DNA of 64,000 nucleotides from an uncultured Verrucomicrobiae bacterium (lineage in GTDB: Bacteria; Verrucomicrobiota; Verrucomicrobiia; Chthoniobacterales; UBA10450), in the NCBI GenBank assembly GCA_963726745.1, contig CAVSDR010000002.1, positions 256,001-320,000 on the forward strand, written 5' to 3'. The first letter of the stretch is position 1; every line of letters starts with the position of its first letter. The notes below the pieces were generated by a model. It did no database searches. It was given only the letters and a program-made list of their open reading frames with translations, and was not told where the DNA came from. This document shows positions 9,440-22,775 of the stretch, in pieces. Made by a program: the position numbers and the translations under genes.

Positions 9440-11458
9440 ATGACCGACAAACTCCAGTCCGCCCGCAGCCGGCTCGACGAACTCGATGAACGCGTGGTCC
9501 ACGCGCTCGCCGAACGCCAGCGTTTGGTCGAGGAAGTGGCCGCGCTCAAAAGCGATCCGACCCTCCCCTTGCAGGATGCGACGCGCGAACACGACCTGCT
9601 CGCGCGCGTCGCCAAATTGGCCGAAGCGGAAAAGCTCGACGGCTATTTCGTGCAATCGCTCTACCGCCGCATCCTCGAGCATTCGGTTCGCTTCCAGGCC
9701 GCGCGCCAGGGCGAACCGGCGAGTGATTCCGCGCTCGTCGTCGCCTACCAGGGCATCGAGGGTTCCTACAGTCATGCGGCTTCGCGTGCGCATCTCGGCG
9801 CTTCGCCGCGCGAGGTGCGCTATCACGGCTACCGCTCGTTTGGCTCGGCCATGGATGCCGTCCGGCGCGGCGATGCCGAGCTCGCGATTCTGCCGATCGA
9901 GAACACGGTCGTCGGTTCGATCACCGAGACCTACGACTTGCTCAGCCGCGCCGATCTCCATCTCGTGGGCGAGGAGATTCACCGCGTGGAGCATTGCCTG
10001 CTCGCGCTCGAGAATGTGCCGCTCGGATTAATCCGCCGCATCGGTTCGCATCCGCAGGCGCTCGCGCAATGCAGCACCTTTCTGGAAGCGCTCGAAGATT
10101 GCCGGGTCGAGTTTGAAGAAGACACCGCCAGCGCCGCGATGCTCGTGGCCGAGAGCGGCGATCTCTCGCGCGGCGCGATCGCGAGCGAAGAAGCGGCCAC
10201 GCGCTACGGCTTGCAGGTTTTGAAGCGGAGCGTGGCCAACCAGAAGGAAGTCTTCACCCGCTTCGTCGTCATCGCGCGCCAGCCGCGCACGGCCGACCCG
10301 CGTTTGCCGCACAAGACCTCGCTCCTGGTGACGATCAAGCACGCGGAAGGTTCGCTCGCGCGCGGTCTCGATGTCCTCGCGCAACACGGAGTCAACCTGA
10401 CCAAGCTCGAGTCGCGCCCCAGCCCGGAGCGCAGCTGGCAATATCTCTTCTACATGGATTTCGAAGGTGGCTTGCACGAGCCGCAGGTCGCGCAGGCCAT
10501 GACCGAACTGGCGAAACATGCCGAAGCCGTGCGCGTTCTCGGATCGTATCCGCGCGCCGTCGCGGGCCAGCGCCACGAAGTGCAATACGTCGCGGCCGCG
10601 CGGAACAACGCCGCCGCGCCGAACTCCAAAACCGCCGCGCCGGCCGCGAAGGAAAACAAATCCTACCGGCTCGCGTCGCGCGCCAGCCAGAAGGGCGACA
10701 GCGTGGTCGAGATCAAGAACGCGCGCATCGGCGGCGACGCACCGTTCGTTCTCATCGCCGGTCCGTGCTCCGTGGAATCGCGCGAGCAAATCACCGCCTG
10801 CGCGCGCGCCTTGCACGAGGCCGGCGGACATCTGCTTCGCGGCGGCTGTTTCAAACCGCGCACTTCGCCCTACGATTTCCAAGGTCTCGGCTTCGAAGGC
10901 CTGACGATCATGCGCGAAGCCGCCGATGCCTACGGCCTCGCGATCATCACCGAAGTGGTTCACCCGGGCGATGTCGATGCGGTCGCGCGCGAAGCCGATG
11001 CGCTCCAGCTCGGCGCGCGCAACATGCAGAACTTTGCGCTGCTGAAAGCGGTCGGCCGGACGCGCCTGCCGGTCGTCCTGAAGCGCGGCCTGATGTCGTC
11101 GGTTGATGAATGGCTCGCGGCCGCGGAGTACATCATGAGCGAAGGCAACTCGCGCGTGATCCTCTGCGAACGCGGCATCCGCACCTTCGAAACCGCGACG
11201 CGCAACACGCTCGACCTTTCGGCTGTGCCCGTGCTTCAGGAGCGCACGCATCTCCCGATCATCGTCGACCCGAGCCATGCCGCCGGGCGGCGGGAATGGG
11301 TCGCGCCGTTGCTCCGGGCCGCGCGCGCCGTCGGCGCCAGCGGCGCAATGATTGAGTTCCATCCGGACCCGGAGACCGCCCTCTCCGATGGCCGGCAGTC
11401 GCTCGACTTCGAGCAGTTCGCCGCGCTCGCGACGGAGATCGCGCAGGCGAGGACCTAA
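9440..11458 (+). CDS. Chorismate mutase / prephenate dehydratase (ACT) / DAHP synthase I-beta fusion
   Basis: AroQ-like N-terminus (R..LDELD...LAER); [85 protein letters not shown]. Confidence 0.92.
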   Translation: MTDKLQSARSRLDELDERVVHALAERQRLVEEVAALKSDPTLPLQDATREHDLLARVAKLAEAEKLDGYFVQSLYRRILEHSVRFQAARQGEPASDSALVVAYQGIEGSYSHAASRAHLGASPREVRYHGYRSFGSAMDAVRRGDAELAILPIENTVVGSITETYDLLSRADLHLVGEEIHRVEHCLLALENVPLGLIRRIGSHPQALAQCSTFLEALEDCRVEFEEDTASAAMLVAESGDLSRGAIASEEAATRYGLQVLKRSVANQKEVFTRFVVIARQPRTADPRLPHKTSLLVTIKHAEGSLARGLDVLAQHGVNLTKLESRPSPERSWQYLFYMDFEGGLHEPQVAQAMTELAKHAEAVRVLGSYPRAVAGQRHEVQYVAAARNNAAAPNSKTAAPAAKENKSYRLASRASQKGDSVVEIKNARIGGDAPFVLIAGPCSVESREQITACARALHEAGGHLLRGGCFKPRTSPYDFQGLGFEGLTIMREAADAYGLAIITEVVHPGDVDAVAREADALQLGARNMQNFALLKAVGRTRLPVVLKRGLMSSVDEWLAAAEYIMSEGNSRVILCERGIRTFETATRNTLDLSAVPVLQERTHLPIIVDPSHAAGRREWVAPLLRAARAVGASGAMIEFHPDPETALSDGRQSLDFEQFAALATEIAQART

Positions 11459-12069
11459 CGAGGGGTTTTCTCGCGCAGGAGCGCCGCCACCCGCGACGGC
11501 GGCGGCACGAGCACGGAGAGCATCCCGGCGGCCTGCGCCGCTTCCTGACCGATCAGCGTGTCCTCGAAGACGAGGCATTTCTCCGGGGGAACGCCGAGCT
11601 TCTGCGCCGCGACCAGGAAGGGATCAGGCGCGGGTTTTCCTTGGGGATAATCTTCCGCGCAGACGACCGCGGCGAACTTCTCGAGCAGGCCTAACGAGCG
11701 GAGGGTGCGCGTGACCACATGGCGATTCCCCCCGGAAGCGACCGCCATCGGCAAGCGCCCGCTGACCTCGTGGACGATGGCGACGACCGGCTCGATCGGT
11801 TTGATTCCTTCCAGGAGATCGAGGAAGACGATCTCTTTTTTGTGCGCCGTTTCCGCCGGCGGCATCGCGTGGCCATGACGCGCATTGAGCAACTCGACGA
11901 TCTGCACCGTAGGCATGCCGCCGAGTTCATAGAAGAGCGCCTCGGGGAACTCCGCCGCGTGTTCCCGCAGCACTTCGCGCCAGGCCCGGTAATGCAGCGG
12001 CATGGTGTCGGCCAGGGTGCCATCGCAATCGAAGATATAGGCGGCAAAATCACCCTGGGGGATTTCCAT
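11455..12069 (-). CDS. HAD-family phosphatase (beta-PGM/YqaB-like)
   Basis: [23 protein letters not shown]. Confidence 0.88.
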   Translation of the reverse strand: MEIPQGDFAAYIFDCDGTLADTMPLHYRAWREVLREHAAEFPEALFYELGGMPTVQIVELLNARHGHAMPPAETAHKKEIVFLDLLEGIKPIEPVVAIVHEVSGRLPMAVASGGNRHVVTRTLRSLGLLEKFAAVVCAEDYPQGKPAPDPFLVAAQKLGVPPEKCLVFEDTLIGQEAAQAAGMLSVLVPPPSRVAALLREKTPR

Positions 12070-12175
12070 CGCGCGCAGGATCATGCAAAACCGCGGGCGC
12101 GTCGCTCGCAATTTACGCGCAAGCCCGCCGCGGGAGCCGTTTCTTTGGAAACTCAACCAACAAGGAGACCAGGGA

Positions 12176-13345
12176 ATGAAAGCAGTCGTGTGGCATGGCA
12201 AAGGGGATGTGCGGGTGGACAATGTGCCGGACCCGAAAATCGAGGAGCAGGGAGACGTGATCGTGAAGATCACCGCGACCGCGATCTGCGGCTCGGACTT
12301 GCATCTCTTCGATGGGTATCAACCGACGATGGAGTCGGGCGACATCCTCGGGCACGAACCGATGGGCGAAGTGGTCGAGGTCGGCCGCGAGGTGAAGAAT
12401 CTTCGGAAAGGCGACCGCGTGGTGGTGCCCTTCGTGATTGCCTGCGGCAAGTGTTGGTTCTGCGAACACACCTATTTTTCCTGCTGCGATACGACGAACC
12501 CAAACAAAAAGATCGCGGCCGAAGCGATGGGGCAATCGCCCGCGGGCTTGCTCGGCTTTTCGCACATGCTCGGCGGATTCTCCGGCGGCCAGGCGGAATA
12601 TCTGCGCGTGCCGCATGCGGATGTCGGGCCGGTGAAGATCGAGTCCGGTTTGCCCGATGAGAAAGTGCTGTTTCTTTCCGACATTTTTCCGACCGGCTAC
12701 ATGGCGGCGGAGAATGCCGAGATCGAGAAAGGAGACACGGTCGCGATCTGGGGCTGCGGCCCGGTCTCGCAGTTTGCCATCCGCAGCGCGTGGATGCTGG
12801 GCGCGGGGCGGGTGATTGCGATCGATCGCGTGCCGGAACGGCTGGCCCTGGCGCGTGAAGCGAATGCCGAGACGATCAACTTCGACGAGGAGGACGTTTA
12901 CGAGCGCCTGATGGAGATGACCAAGGGCCGCGGACCGGATCGCTGCATTGATGGCGTCGGCTGCGAAGCGCACGGGTCGGGCTCGTTCGATGCGGTGGTC
13001 GATAAAGCGAAGGCCGCAGTCATGCTCGGGACGGATCGCGCGCACGTCTTGCGGCAGGCGATCATGTGTTGCCGCAAACAGGGCACGATCTCCGTGCCTG
13101 GAGTCTACGTCGGGATGTTGGACAAGATTCCCTTCGGTGCCGCGATGAACAAAGGCCTGACCTTCAAGATGGGCCAGACGCACGTGCAGCGGTATCTGCG
13201 TCCGCTCCTGCAAAAGATCGAGGAGGGCGAGATCGACCCGTCGTTTGTGATCACGCACCGGCGGCCGATCGAGGAAGCGCCCGAGCTCTACAAGACCTTC
13301 CGGGACAAAAAAGACGGCTGCATCAAAGTGGTGCTGAAACCGTAA
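12176..13345 (+). CDS. Zn-dependent alcohol/formaldehyde dehydrogenase family (YbdR-like)
   Basis: ICGSDLH, GHEPMG, CGKCWFC......[17 protein letters not shown]-like AGGAG upstream. Confidence 0.9.
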   Translation: MKAVVWHGKGDVRVDNVPDPKIEEQGDVIVKITATAICGSDLHLFDGYQPTMESGDILGHEPMGEVVEVGREVKNLRKGDRVVVPFVIACGKCWFCEHTYFSCCDTTNPNKKIAAEAMGQSPAGLLGFSHMLGGFSGGQAEYLRVPHADVGPVKIESGLPDEKVLFLSDIFPTGYMAAENAEIEKGDTVAIWGCGPVSQFAIRSAWMLGAGRVIAIDRVPERLALAREANAETINFDEEDVYERLMEMTKGRGPDRCIDGVGCEAHGSGSFDAVVDKAKAAVMLGTDRAHVLRQAIMCCRKQGTISVPGVYVGMLDKIPFGAAMNKGLTFKMGQTHVQRYLRPLLQKIEEGEIDPSFVITHRRPIEEAPELYKTFRDKKDGCIKVVLKP

Positions 13346-13378
13346 AGCGAAGCGCCTCGCCACTTCGGAGAAATGAAG

Positions 13379-13455
13379 TGGTTGCGGGGGCGGGATTTGA
13401 ACCCGCGGCCTTCAGGTTATGAGCCTGACGAGCTACCAGACTGCTCCACCCCGCG
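13379..13455 (-). tRNA. Initiator tRNA-Met(CAT)
   Basis: CGCGGGGTGGAGCAGTCTGGTAGCTCGTCAGGCT-CAT-AACCTGAAGGCCGCGGGTTCAAATCCCGCCCCCGCAACCA; C1:A72 mismatch of tRNA-fMet. Confidence 0.97.
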
Positions 13456-13556
13456 TCCTTGAAGGCCCTAGTATGGGACGCGTCGGATTGATTGCAAATT
13501 GAAAGTCGGGCTCGCCTGCCGGTTGCGTGCGCGCACCGGCGGGCGCATCTCTCTGC

Positions 13557-14495
13557 GTGGCCGCACCGGCAGCAAAACATCGCCTTCTCGTGGGCACGGC
13601 GAGCTGGACCGATCCCGGCTTTGTCGAGTGCTGGTATCCGAAAGGGATGCCAGCGGCGGACCGGCTGGGCTGGTATGCGGAGCAATTCGAGATGGTGGAG
13701 GTGAACTCCTCTTTCTACGCGATCCCGGAGCCGCGGATGGTCGAGCGCTGGGCCGCGATCACGCCTAACGAGTTCATTTTTGACGTCAAGCTGCACCAGT
13801 TGCTCTCGCGCCATTCCGTGGCCGCGAAGTTTCTCCCGCGCGCGCTGCAAAAGCGGGCGGAGACGGATGGGAAGGGGAAGGTGCTGCTCGAGCCGGAGAT
13901 CGAGGCCGCGGTGGCCGCGGAATTCCTCCGTGCGCTCGAGCCATTGCGGGCGAGCGGGAAATTGGGCGCACTCCTCCTGCAGCTTTCGCCTGCGTTTTCT
14001 CCGCGGCAGCACTCGTTAGGGGAATTGCGTCCGCTCTTCGCCCAACTTGCCGGCTATCGGCTGGCGGTCGAGGTGCGGAACCGCGGCTGGGCCGAAGGGG
14101 AACGGCTGGCGGAGTTGCTCGAGTTCCTGCGCGAGCACGGCGCGGCCTTCGTCGCGGTGGATACACCGAAGGAAAAGCATTTCACGATCCTCCCGCCGGC
14201 GCTGAACGCGGTGACCACGCCCGACCTGGCTTACCTGCGCCTGCACGGGCGCGATCTGAAGGCGTACACCACCGGCAAAACCGTGGCCGCCCGTTTCCAC
14301 TACGACTATCGCGACGAAGAAATCGAGGAAGTCGCGGAGCGCGCGGGGAAGCTGGCGCACGAAGCGAAGGAGGTGCACGTGGTTTTCAATAATAACGCGC
14401 AGGATTTCGCGCCGCATGCGGCGTTGCGATTGCGTGCGGCGCTCGGCCAGATCGCGCGCGGGCCCGCGCGGCAGGCGGAGCTGTTCTCGAAATGA
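13557..14495 (+). CDS. DUF72 family protein; start approximate
   Basis: VGTASW, WYP, VEVNSSFYA, F.FDVK, LLLQL.P.F, AVEVR, YLRLHGR, Y.Y..EE, FNNN. Confidence 0.85.
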   Translation: MAAPAAKHRLLVGTASWTDPGFVECWYPKGMPAADRLGWYAEQFEMVEVNSSFYAIPEPRMVERWAAITPNEFIFDVKLHQLLSRHSVAAKFLPRALQKRAETDGKGKVLLEPEIEAAVAAEFLRALEPLRASGKLGALLLQLSPAFSPRQHSLGELRPLFAQLAGYRLAVEVRNRGWAEGERLAELLEFLREHGAAFVAVDTPKEKHFTILPPALNAVTTPDLAYLRLHGRDLKAYTTGKTVAARFHYDYRDEEIEEVAERAGKLAHEAKEVHVVFNNNAQDFAPHAALRLRAALGQIARGPARQAELFSK

Positions 14496-14998
14496 GCGAC
14501 CCGCGCCCAGGCCGCTGGTGGCCGCGATTCAAAGCCTGGTGGCGGGCGCATCATCATCGCCTGATGTCGATCGAGGCCTCGCCGCATGCGATCGCGCTCG
14601 GCCTGGCGATCGGGATTTACTTTGGCTTTACGCCGCTTTGGAGCTTGAAGACTTTGCTCTCGATCGGGATCGCCTGGCTCTTCAACAGCAACAAAATCGC
14701 GGCCGCCCTCGGCGTGACCCTGCACGATGTGATCCTGCCGTTTATGCCCGCGATTTTCCTGTGGGAATACAAGTGCGGCTACTACGTGCTCCATGGAACG
14801 ATGCCCGCGCGGATGCACCTGGGACAGATCACGCTCCAGCAGTATTTGCATTGGAATGTCTTCGTGAACTTGATCTGGCCGACGCTCGTGGGCTCGCTCC
14901 TCCTGGCGCTGCCGCCGACGGTCGTCTCTTACTTCCTGGTGCGCGCGCTCATTCGCCGGCGGCGGGCGCACCGCCCGCTGGAGAGCGTGGCGGAGTAA
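14492..14998 (+). CDS. DUF2062 family membrane protein
   Basis: SPHAIALGLAIG.YFGFTP and hydrophobic helices. Confidence 0.8.
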   Translation: MSDPRPGRWWPRFKAWWRAHHHRLMSIEASPHAIALGLAIGIYFGFTPLWSLKTLLSIGIAWLFNSNKIAAALGVTLHDVILPFMPAIFLWEYKCGYYVLHGTMPARMHLGQITLQQYLHWNVFVNLIWPTLVGSLLLALPPTVVSYFLVRALIRRRRAHRPLESVAE

Positions 14999-15100
14999 TT
15001 AGCCGCGCGGGCGGCACGGGAGTTGCATCACAGGCTGCAACGAATATGCCGGCTGTGTCCTTGCGACCAGCGGGTCGCCGAATCCAGCCCATCACCTAAT

Positions 15101-15778
15101 ATGAAATCCTTCCTCGCCCTCCTCTCCAGCAGCATGCTCCTGTGCTCCTGCGCCGACATGTACGTCTCGAACGCGCAGGTTAATGGCACCGCCCGCACCG
15201 GCGCGATCGACGCCAAGGACTACGCCTCCGCCGGCATTCACATGACCAGCTGCGGCGTCGGCGCGCATCACCCGCGCGCGATTTACATCCGCCCGTTCTG
15301 CGTGGACAACGCCACCTTCACCGGCGACGTGGCCCACAGCGACGGGGAAATGCCGATCCGCAAGGCGCTCACGCCGGTGGCCTTCTCCGCGATCCTGAAA
15401 GAGCAGCTCGAGAAAATCGCGCCCGCCCGCGTCCTCGAAGAAGACGAAAGCCCGCGCGTCGGCTGGCTGGTCGAGGGCGACTTTCGCACCGTCGATGGCG
15501 GCAGCCCTCTGGCCCGGTTCTTCTTCGGACAATTCGGCGCCGGCCGGTCCTTCATGGTCCTCCACGTGCGCGTGACCGATGTCAGCAGCGGCGCAGTCGC
15601 GTATGAATTCGATGTCTCCGGTGGCAGCCGCCTCCAGGGCAAGCTCGGCACGCTCCGCGCCAGTGGCCTCGGCCGCGCGGTCTCCTTCGACCTGCATAAT
15701 GCCGCCGAGCGCATCTACCTCGCGCTCGAACCGGACGCCTTCCGCTTCGGCGCCCGCAGCGGCCTCGCCCTGCGCTAG
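15101..15778 (+). CDS. Putative lipoprotein (DUF4410-like)
   Basis: Signal ending LLCSC; GWLVEG.F..VD.GS...R...G.FGAG pattern. Confidence 0.65.
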   Translation: MKSFLALLSSSMLLCSCADMYVSNAQVNGTARTGAIDAKDYASAGIHMTSCGVGAHHPRAIYIRPFCVDNATFTGDVAHSDGEMPIRKALTPVAFSAILKEQLEKIAPARVLEEDESPRVGWLVEGDFRTVDGGSPLARFFFGQFGAGRSFMVLHVRVTDVSSGAVAYEFDVSGGSRLQGKLGTLRASGLGRAVSFDLHNAAERIYLALEPDAFRFGARSGLALR

Positions 15779-15875
15779 TCCTTTCCCTTGAAGGGCGTCC
15801 CGGGCGACCGGGCGCTCTTCGTCCGGGGGGAATCGGCGGTTGCGATTGGAACCGCACCGAATAAGGTGCGCCGCC

Positions 15876-16826
15876 GTGCATCCTCTTCGCCAAAGTTCGC
15901 TCCGTTTCCTCACTCTCTGCTTCCTTCTGCTGGGCGCAGGCAGCGCTTTCGCCGCCCCGTCGTTCCTGATCGTCGATGGCAAAAGCGGCTACGTTTTGCA
16001 GGAGCGCGACTCGCGCCAGAAGCGGCAGGTCGGCAGTTTGACGAAAATAGCCACCGCGATGGTGGCGCTCGATTGGATGGAGCATCACGCGGGCGATCCA
16101 AACCAGCTCGCGACCATTCCGCCGGAAGCCTTCGGCAGCGGCGGCGAAAACCTCATCGGCTTCCAGCCGGGTGACCAGGTGGCCGTGCGCGACCTGCTTT
16201 ACGCGGCGCTGGTGCAATCCGACAACATCGCCGCCTACACCCTCGGCCATCATTTGGGCCAGGCGATCCAATCCGTGGTGCCGGCGGCGCCGGGCGGCAA
16301 TCCCGTGGCCACCTTCGTCGTGCAAATGAATGCGCTGGCTAAATCCTTGAAGATGGAGCGCACGCTTTTCGTGAATCCCAGCGGCGCGGATGCGAACACC
16401 AAGCCGCTTCCATATTCCACCGCGGCCGACATCGCCCGGCTCACGCGCTACGCGCTCAACAAGGCGGGCTTTCGCTTCTACGTTTCGCAGAAGCAACGGC
16501 AGATTTCCTTCACTAGCGGTGGCAAGAAAAAGGAATACCTCCTGAAGAACACCAACGAGCTCCTCGGCCAGAACGGCGTCGATGGTGTGAAGACCGGCCG
16601 GACGGCGCGCGCCGGCGATTGCCTCGTCCTTTCCGCGCAGCGCGAAGCCGAAGTGGTGAAGACGGGCGAGAATAGCGCCCAGGTCACGCCGCGCACCCTG
16701 GTCATCGTCCTGCTCGGGAGCACGAACCGCTTCGAGGAAGGCCGCCAGCTTCTGAACCTCGGCTGGCAGCTCTACGATCAATGGGCCGCCGGCGGGCGGA
16801 AGATCGAGCCGCAGAAAGTGCTCTAG
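15876..16826 (+). CDS. D-alanyl-D-alanine carboxypeptidase (peptidase S11); start approximate
   Basis: SLTK (SxxK), SDN (SxN), KTG triad; signal peptide. Confidence 0.88.
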   Translation: MHPLRQSSLRFLTLCFLLLGAGSAFAAPSFLIVDGKSGYVLQERDSRQKRQVGSLTKIATAMVALDWMEHHAGDPNQLATIPPEAFGSGGENLIGFQPGDQVAVRDLLYAALVQSDNIAAYTLGHHLGQAIQSVVPAAPGGNPVATFVVQMNALAKSLKMERTLFVNPSGADANTKPLPYSTAADIARLTRYALNKAGFRFYVSQKQRQISFTSGGKKKEYLLKNTNELLGQNGVDGVKTGRTARAGDCLVLSAQREAEVVKTGENSAQVTPRTLVIVLLGSTNRFEEGRQLLNLGWQLYDQWAAGGRKIEPQKVL

Positions 16827-16848
16827 CGAACGCCCCGGGCGCGCTGCC

Positions 16849-17925
16849 ATGAAACGACGCATCGGGGTCCTGACCAGCGGCGGCGATTGCCCTGGATTGA
16901 ACGCCGTCCTGCGGGGCGTGGCCATGGCCGCGGAGAAGCTCAACCTCGAGGTCCTCGGCTTCCTCGACGGCTTCGAGGGCCTGCTGCCGCCGGGTAATTT
17001 CGTCATCCTCGACCGCCGGACGACCAGCGGGATCATGCCGCGCGGCGGGACCATTCTCGGCACGACCAATCGCGGCCATTTCGTCGCCAAAGTCGGCGCG
17101 GGCAATCGCGCGGTGGTGGCCTCGGACGTGATCGCGGATGCGCGCCGCGTGCTCGAGCGCGAGCGGGTGGAAGCATTGATCATCGTCGGCGGCGACGGTT
17201 CGATGACGACCGCGCTGCAATTGCAGGAAGCGGGGATCAATTGCATCGGCGTGCCGAAGACGATCGATAACGACCTCGAAGCCACCGCCATGACCTTCGG
17301 CTTCGACTCCGCGGTGGCCTCGGTGGTCGATGCGCTCGATCGCCTGCACACCACCGCCACCAGTCACAAGCGGGTCATGGTCCTCGAAGTCATGGGTCGG
17401 CACGCGGGCTGGATCGCGCTCCACGGTGGCCTCGCCGGCGGGGCGCACGTCATCCTCATCCCCGAGATTCCGTTCCACTACGAGAGCATCATGGAAGCCC
17501 TGCGCGTGCGCGCAGGGAAGGGGAGCATCTACTCGTTAGTCGTGGTCGCGGAGGGGGCCTGCCCGGCCGACGGCCAGACCATCCGGCGGAAGATGCAGGG
17601 AGCGGAGGATCGCTTTGGCGGGATCGGCGATGTGGTCGCGGCGGAGATCGCTGCGCGCACCGACCAGGAAACGCGCTGCACCGTTCTCGGGCATCTGCAG
17701 CGCGGCGGCGCGCCGACCACGCTCGACCGCATCCTCGGCACCCGCTTCGGGGTGATGGCGGCGAAGCTGGCCGCGGAAGGAATTTTCGGCTCGATGGTCA
17801 GCTACCAGAACTACCAGGTGCGCCACGTCCCCATCGCCGATGCGGTCAATCGCCTGCGCCTGGTCGCGCCCGACAGTCAGATGGTGCAGACCGCGCGCGA
17901 CGTGGAGATTTCCTTCGGCGATTAG
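16849..17925 (+). CDS. pfkA: 6-phosphofructokinase
   Basis: TSGGDCPGLN, GGTILGT, GGDGS, PKTIDND, EVMGRHAG, LGHLQRGG, ISFGD end. Confidence 0.93.
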   Translation: MKRRIGVLTSGGDCPGLNAVLRGVAMAAEKLNLEVLGFLDGFEGLLPPGNFVILDRRTTSGIMPRGGTILGTTNRGHFVAKVGAGNRAVVASDVIADARRVLERERVEALIIVGGDGSMTTALQLQEAGINCIGVPKTIDNDLEATAMTFGFDSAVASVVDALDRLHTTATSHKRVMVLEVMGRHAGWIALHGGLAGGAHVILIPEIPFHYESIMEALRVRAGKGSIYSLVVVAEGACPADGQTIRRKMQGAEDRFGGIGDVVAAEIAARTDQETRCTVLGHLQRGGAPTTLDRILGTRFGVMAAKLAAEGIFGSMVSYQNYQVRHVPIADAVNRLRLVAPDSQMVQTARDVEISFGD

Positions 17926-17950
17926 CCAGCATCCTCTTAAGCTCGCGGGC

Positions 17951-18796
17951 ATGGACTACCGCGATGCCTTCCGTGTGAAACCCGGCAGCCGCCTGCGCCT
18001 GGCGAAGCGCGACCCGCGGGCCGATGGCGGCACCGACAAGAAAGCCGCGGCGCGCCGGCTCGAAAAACTCCAGCGCCGGATCGACGAGCTGCAGTTTCTC
18101 CTCTACGCGGAGAACCAGCGCGCGCTCCTCATTTGCCTGCAGGCGCCCGATGCCGGCGGCAAAGATGGCGTCATCCGCCATGTCTTCGCGGCGATGAATC
18201 CGCAGGGCTGCCGCGTGGTCCCGTTCAAGCAGCCCTCGACGGAAGAGCGGGCGCACGACTTCCTCTGGCGCATCGAGCGGCAGACGCCGCGCGCGGGTGA
18301 AGTGGTCGTCTTCAATCGCTCGCACTACGAAGACGTGCTCGTGGTGCGGGTGCATGGCCTGGTGCCGGAGAGCGTCTGGTCGCAGCGCTACGCGCAGATC
18401 AACGATTGGGAACGCCGCCTCGCTGCCAGCGGCACCACCATCCTGAAGTTCTTCCTGCACCTCAGCCCGGAGGAGCAGCTCGAGCGCTTCAAGGCGCGGC
18501 TCGATGACCCGACGCGCCACTGGAAGATTAGCGAGGCCGATTACTCCGAGCGGGAGCACTGGGACGCTTACCAAAAGGCTTACGAAGATGCGCTCAACCG
18601 CTGCAGCACCGCGGCCGCATCCTGGTTCGTCATTCCGTCGGACCGGAAATGGTTCCGCAATCTCGCGATCTCGGAAATTCTCGTGCAGACGCTGGAAGGC
18701 ATGGGCATGAAGACGCCGGAGCCGACGGTCGATCTCGAGGAGATCCGGGCGAAGTATCACGCCGCGAAAACGGCGGCTGCAGCCAACGGCGAATGA
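17951..18796 (+). CDS. ppk2: Polyphosphate kinase 2 family (class III-like)
   Basis: [40 protein letters not shown]. Confidence 0.92.
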   Translation: MDYRDAFRVKPGSRLRLAKRDPRADGGTDKKAAARRLEKLQRRIDELQFLLYAENQRALLICLQAPDAGGKDGVIRHVFAAMNPQGCRVVPFKQPSTEERAHDFLWRIERQTPRAGEVVVFNRSHYEDVLVVRVHGLVPESVWSQRYAQINDWERRLAASGTTILKFFLHLSPEEQLERFKARLDDPTRHWKISEADYSEREHWDAYQKAYEDALNRCSTAAASWFVIPSDRKWFRNLAISEILVQTLEGMGMKTPEPTVDLEEIRAKYHAAKTAAAANGE

Positions 18797-19785
18797 AGCT
18801 TGCTGTCTTCAGCACCAAGGCCTACGACCGCACCTTTCTCGAGGCAGCGAATCACGCCCGGCACGAGCTGCATTTCTTCGAACCGCGCCTCGGCCTGGAG
18901 ACGGTGGTGCTCGCGCAAGGTTTCGGCGCGGTCTGCGTCTTCGTGAACGATGTGCTCGACGCCGCGGTCCTCGAGCGACTCGCGGCCGGAGGCACGCGGA
19001 TGATCGCGCTGCGTTGCGCCGGCTACAATAACGTCGACCTCGCCGCGGCCGCGCGCCTCGGCCTCCAGGTCGCACGCGTCCCGGGCTACTCGCCGCATGC
19101 GGTCGCGGAGCACACCCTTGCGCTCATCCTCGCGCTCAATCGCAAGCTGCACCGCGCTTTTAATCGCGTGCGCGAAGGGAATTTCTCCCTCGCCGGGCTC
19201 CTCGGATTTGACCTCTACGGCAAAACCGCCGGGATCGTCGGCACTGGCCGCATCGGCCTCAATGTCGCCCGGATCCTGCGCGGGATCGGCTGCCGGGTGC
19301 TCGCAGCCGACCCGCTGCCTAACGAGGAAGTGCGCGGGCTTCGGGGTGGAGTATGTCGAGCTCGCGGAACTTTTCGCGCAGGCCGACATCGTGACCCTGC
19401 ATTGCCCGCTTTTGCCGACGAATCGGCACCTGATCGATGCTGCGGCGCTCGCGCAGATGAAGCGCGGGGCGATGTTGATCAACACCAGCCGCGGCGGTCT
19501 GGTCGATACCCGCGCAGTCATCGCGGCACTCAAGAGCGGTCAGCTCGGCTATCTCGGCCTCGACGTTTACGAGGAGGAAGAGGCGATCTTTTTTGAGGAC
19601 CGCTCGGGCTCGATCCTGGACGACGACGTCTTCAGCCGGCTGCTGACTTTTCCGAACGTGCTGATCACTGGGCACCAGGCCTTCTTCACCCGCGAAGCGC
19701 TGGCCAACATCGCCGCGACCACGCTGGAAAACATCGACCGCTGCGCCGCGGGCGAGCCGTGCACCAACCTCGTGCCCGCTCCGGC

Positions 19786-19789
<4 letters not shown>
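18793..19789 (+). CDS. ldhA: D-lactate / 2-hydroxyacid dehydrogenase (frameshift near 19330)
   Basis: [51 protein letters not shown]. Confidence 0.9.
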
Positions 19790-21440
<1,651 letters not shown>

Positions 21441-21444
<4 letters not shown>

Positions 21445-22727
21445 TGGCCACCACCGGCCGGGAGATTCGCGGCCTTCCAATCCATCGCCATGCGGATGCG
21501 GGCGCGGCCGCTGGGATGATCGAAAAAGATCCATTCCTCGAGCGGCGATGGATCGAGCTTGCGGTAAGTCCCGAGCTTGAGCGAGACCGTCGCCATTGCG
21601 TCCGGCTCGCGGGCGGTATTGATCCCGAAGGCGTCGGCTTCGACTTCGGCCACGCGAGTGATCGTGTTGCTGATCGGCGTGAGCAGGAAAGAGAGCGTGC
21701 CGAAGATGAGCGCGAGTAAGGGCAGTCCGGCCGGGTCGGCGATGCCGCGCACGCCCCAACGCGGCCCCCAGCGATCGACCGCCCAGCCAAAAGCGACCCG
21801 CGCGATGGCAAAAAGAAGCAGCAAGATGACGGCAAAATTAACCAGCATCTTGGCCACGTGGTTGAGCACGTAGTGCCCCATCTCATGCGCCATCACGTGC
21901 CGGATTTCGGGGAGCGAACATTGCTTGAGCAGGTTGTCGTTCAGCGCGATCCGGGTGGTGCCGAGGAAACCGGCCACGTTCGCGCTCACGCGGTTCGACT
22001 GGCGGGAGGCGTCGACTTCGAAGACCTGTTTCACTGGAATCTGGTTGGCTCGCGCCATCGTCAGGATCGGCTCCGAAATGCGCGCATCCTCGAGCGGCCG
22101 GTATTTATTGAAAAGCGGTTCGATGAAGACCGGCGCCAGAAGCACGCCGACGAGGAGAAAGCACACGCCCACGGCGGTGCCCCAAACCCACCACGTGCGC
22201 GGCGCGCGCCGGAAGACCGCGTAGAGCGCCACCAGGAGCAGTGTCACGACGACCAGCGTGACCGTGAGCGCGGTCGCTTGTTCGGCCAACCAGGCGCCGA
22301 ACTTTTGCGTCGCCAGCCCGTAGGCATGTTCGCGGAAGAAGTGCTCGTAGACGTTTAACGGGAAGCCGACCGCGGTCGTGAGCAACAGATAAGCGAGGGC
22401 GTAGAGCGCGACTTGCAATGAGCGAGAGCGCGTCCGGCGTTCGGCAAAATCGCGCATCCGCGCGGAGAGCCCGGTGCTGAGAAGCGCGAGGGAGATTGCG
22501 GCGCCGAGCAGGTAATTCCAGAGGATGAGCCAGTAGCCGCCCTCGAAGTAGGCATCGGACGCGGCGCGCTTTTCCGGCGGGACGGTGTCGAGCCAGGCGC
22601 GGGTCGCCGCGGCTGGATCGGCGTGCGCCGGGATCGCCGGAGTCGCGGCCGGCGAGAGCTCCTGCGCAGGGGCGCCGACGGGCAGGACCAGGGAAATAAG
22701 CAGCAGGAGGAAGAACCAGCGTTTCAT
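21441..22727 (-). CDS. M48 (Ste24-like) membrane metallopeptidase
   Basis: HEMGH zincin motif, E.EAD, DHPS...RI; multiple TM helices. Confidence 0.9.
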
Positions 22728-22775
22728 CCGCCGGAGCGTAGGGGTTGCGCGCGAAAAGGGAAGCGCGCGCGTGCG

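Noticed and set aside
1429..17360. Long antisense or alternate-frame ORFs (e.g. 1429..2946 +, 10028..11578 -, 12113..13363 -, 15582..17360 -)
   Set aside because: Shadow ORFs of GC-rich genes with no recognisable motifs, lying opposite well-supported CDSs
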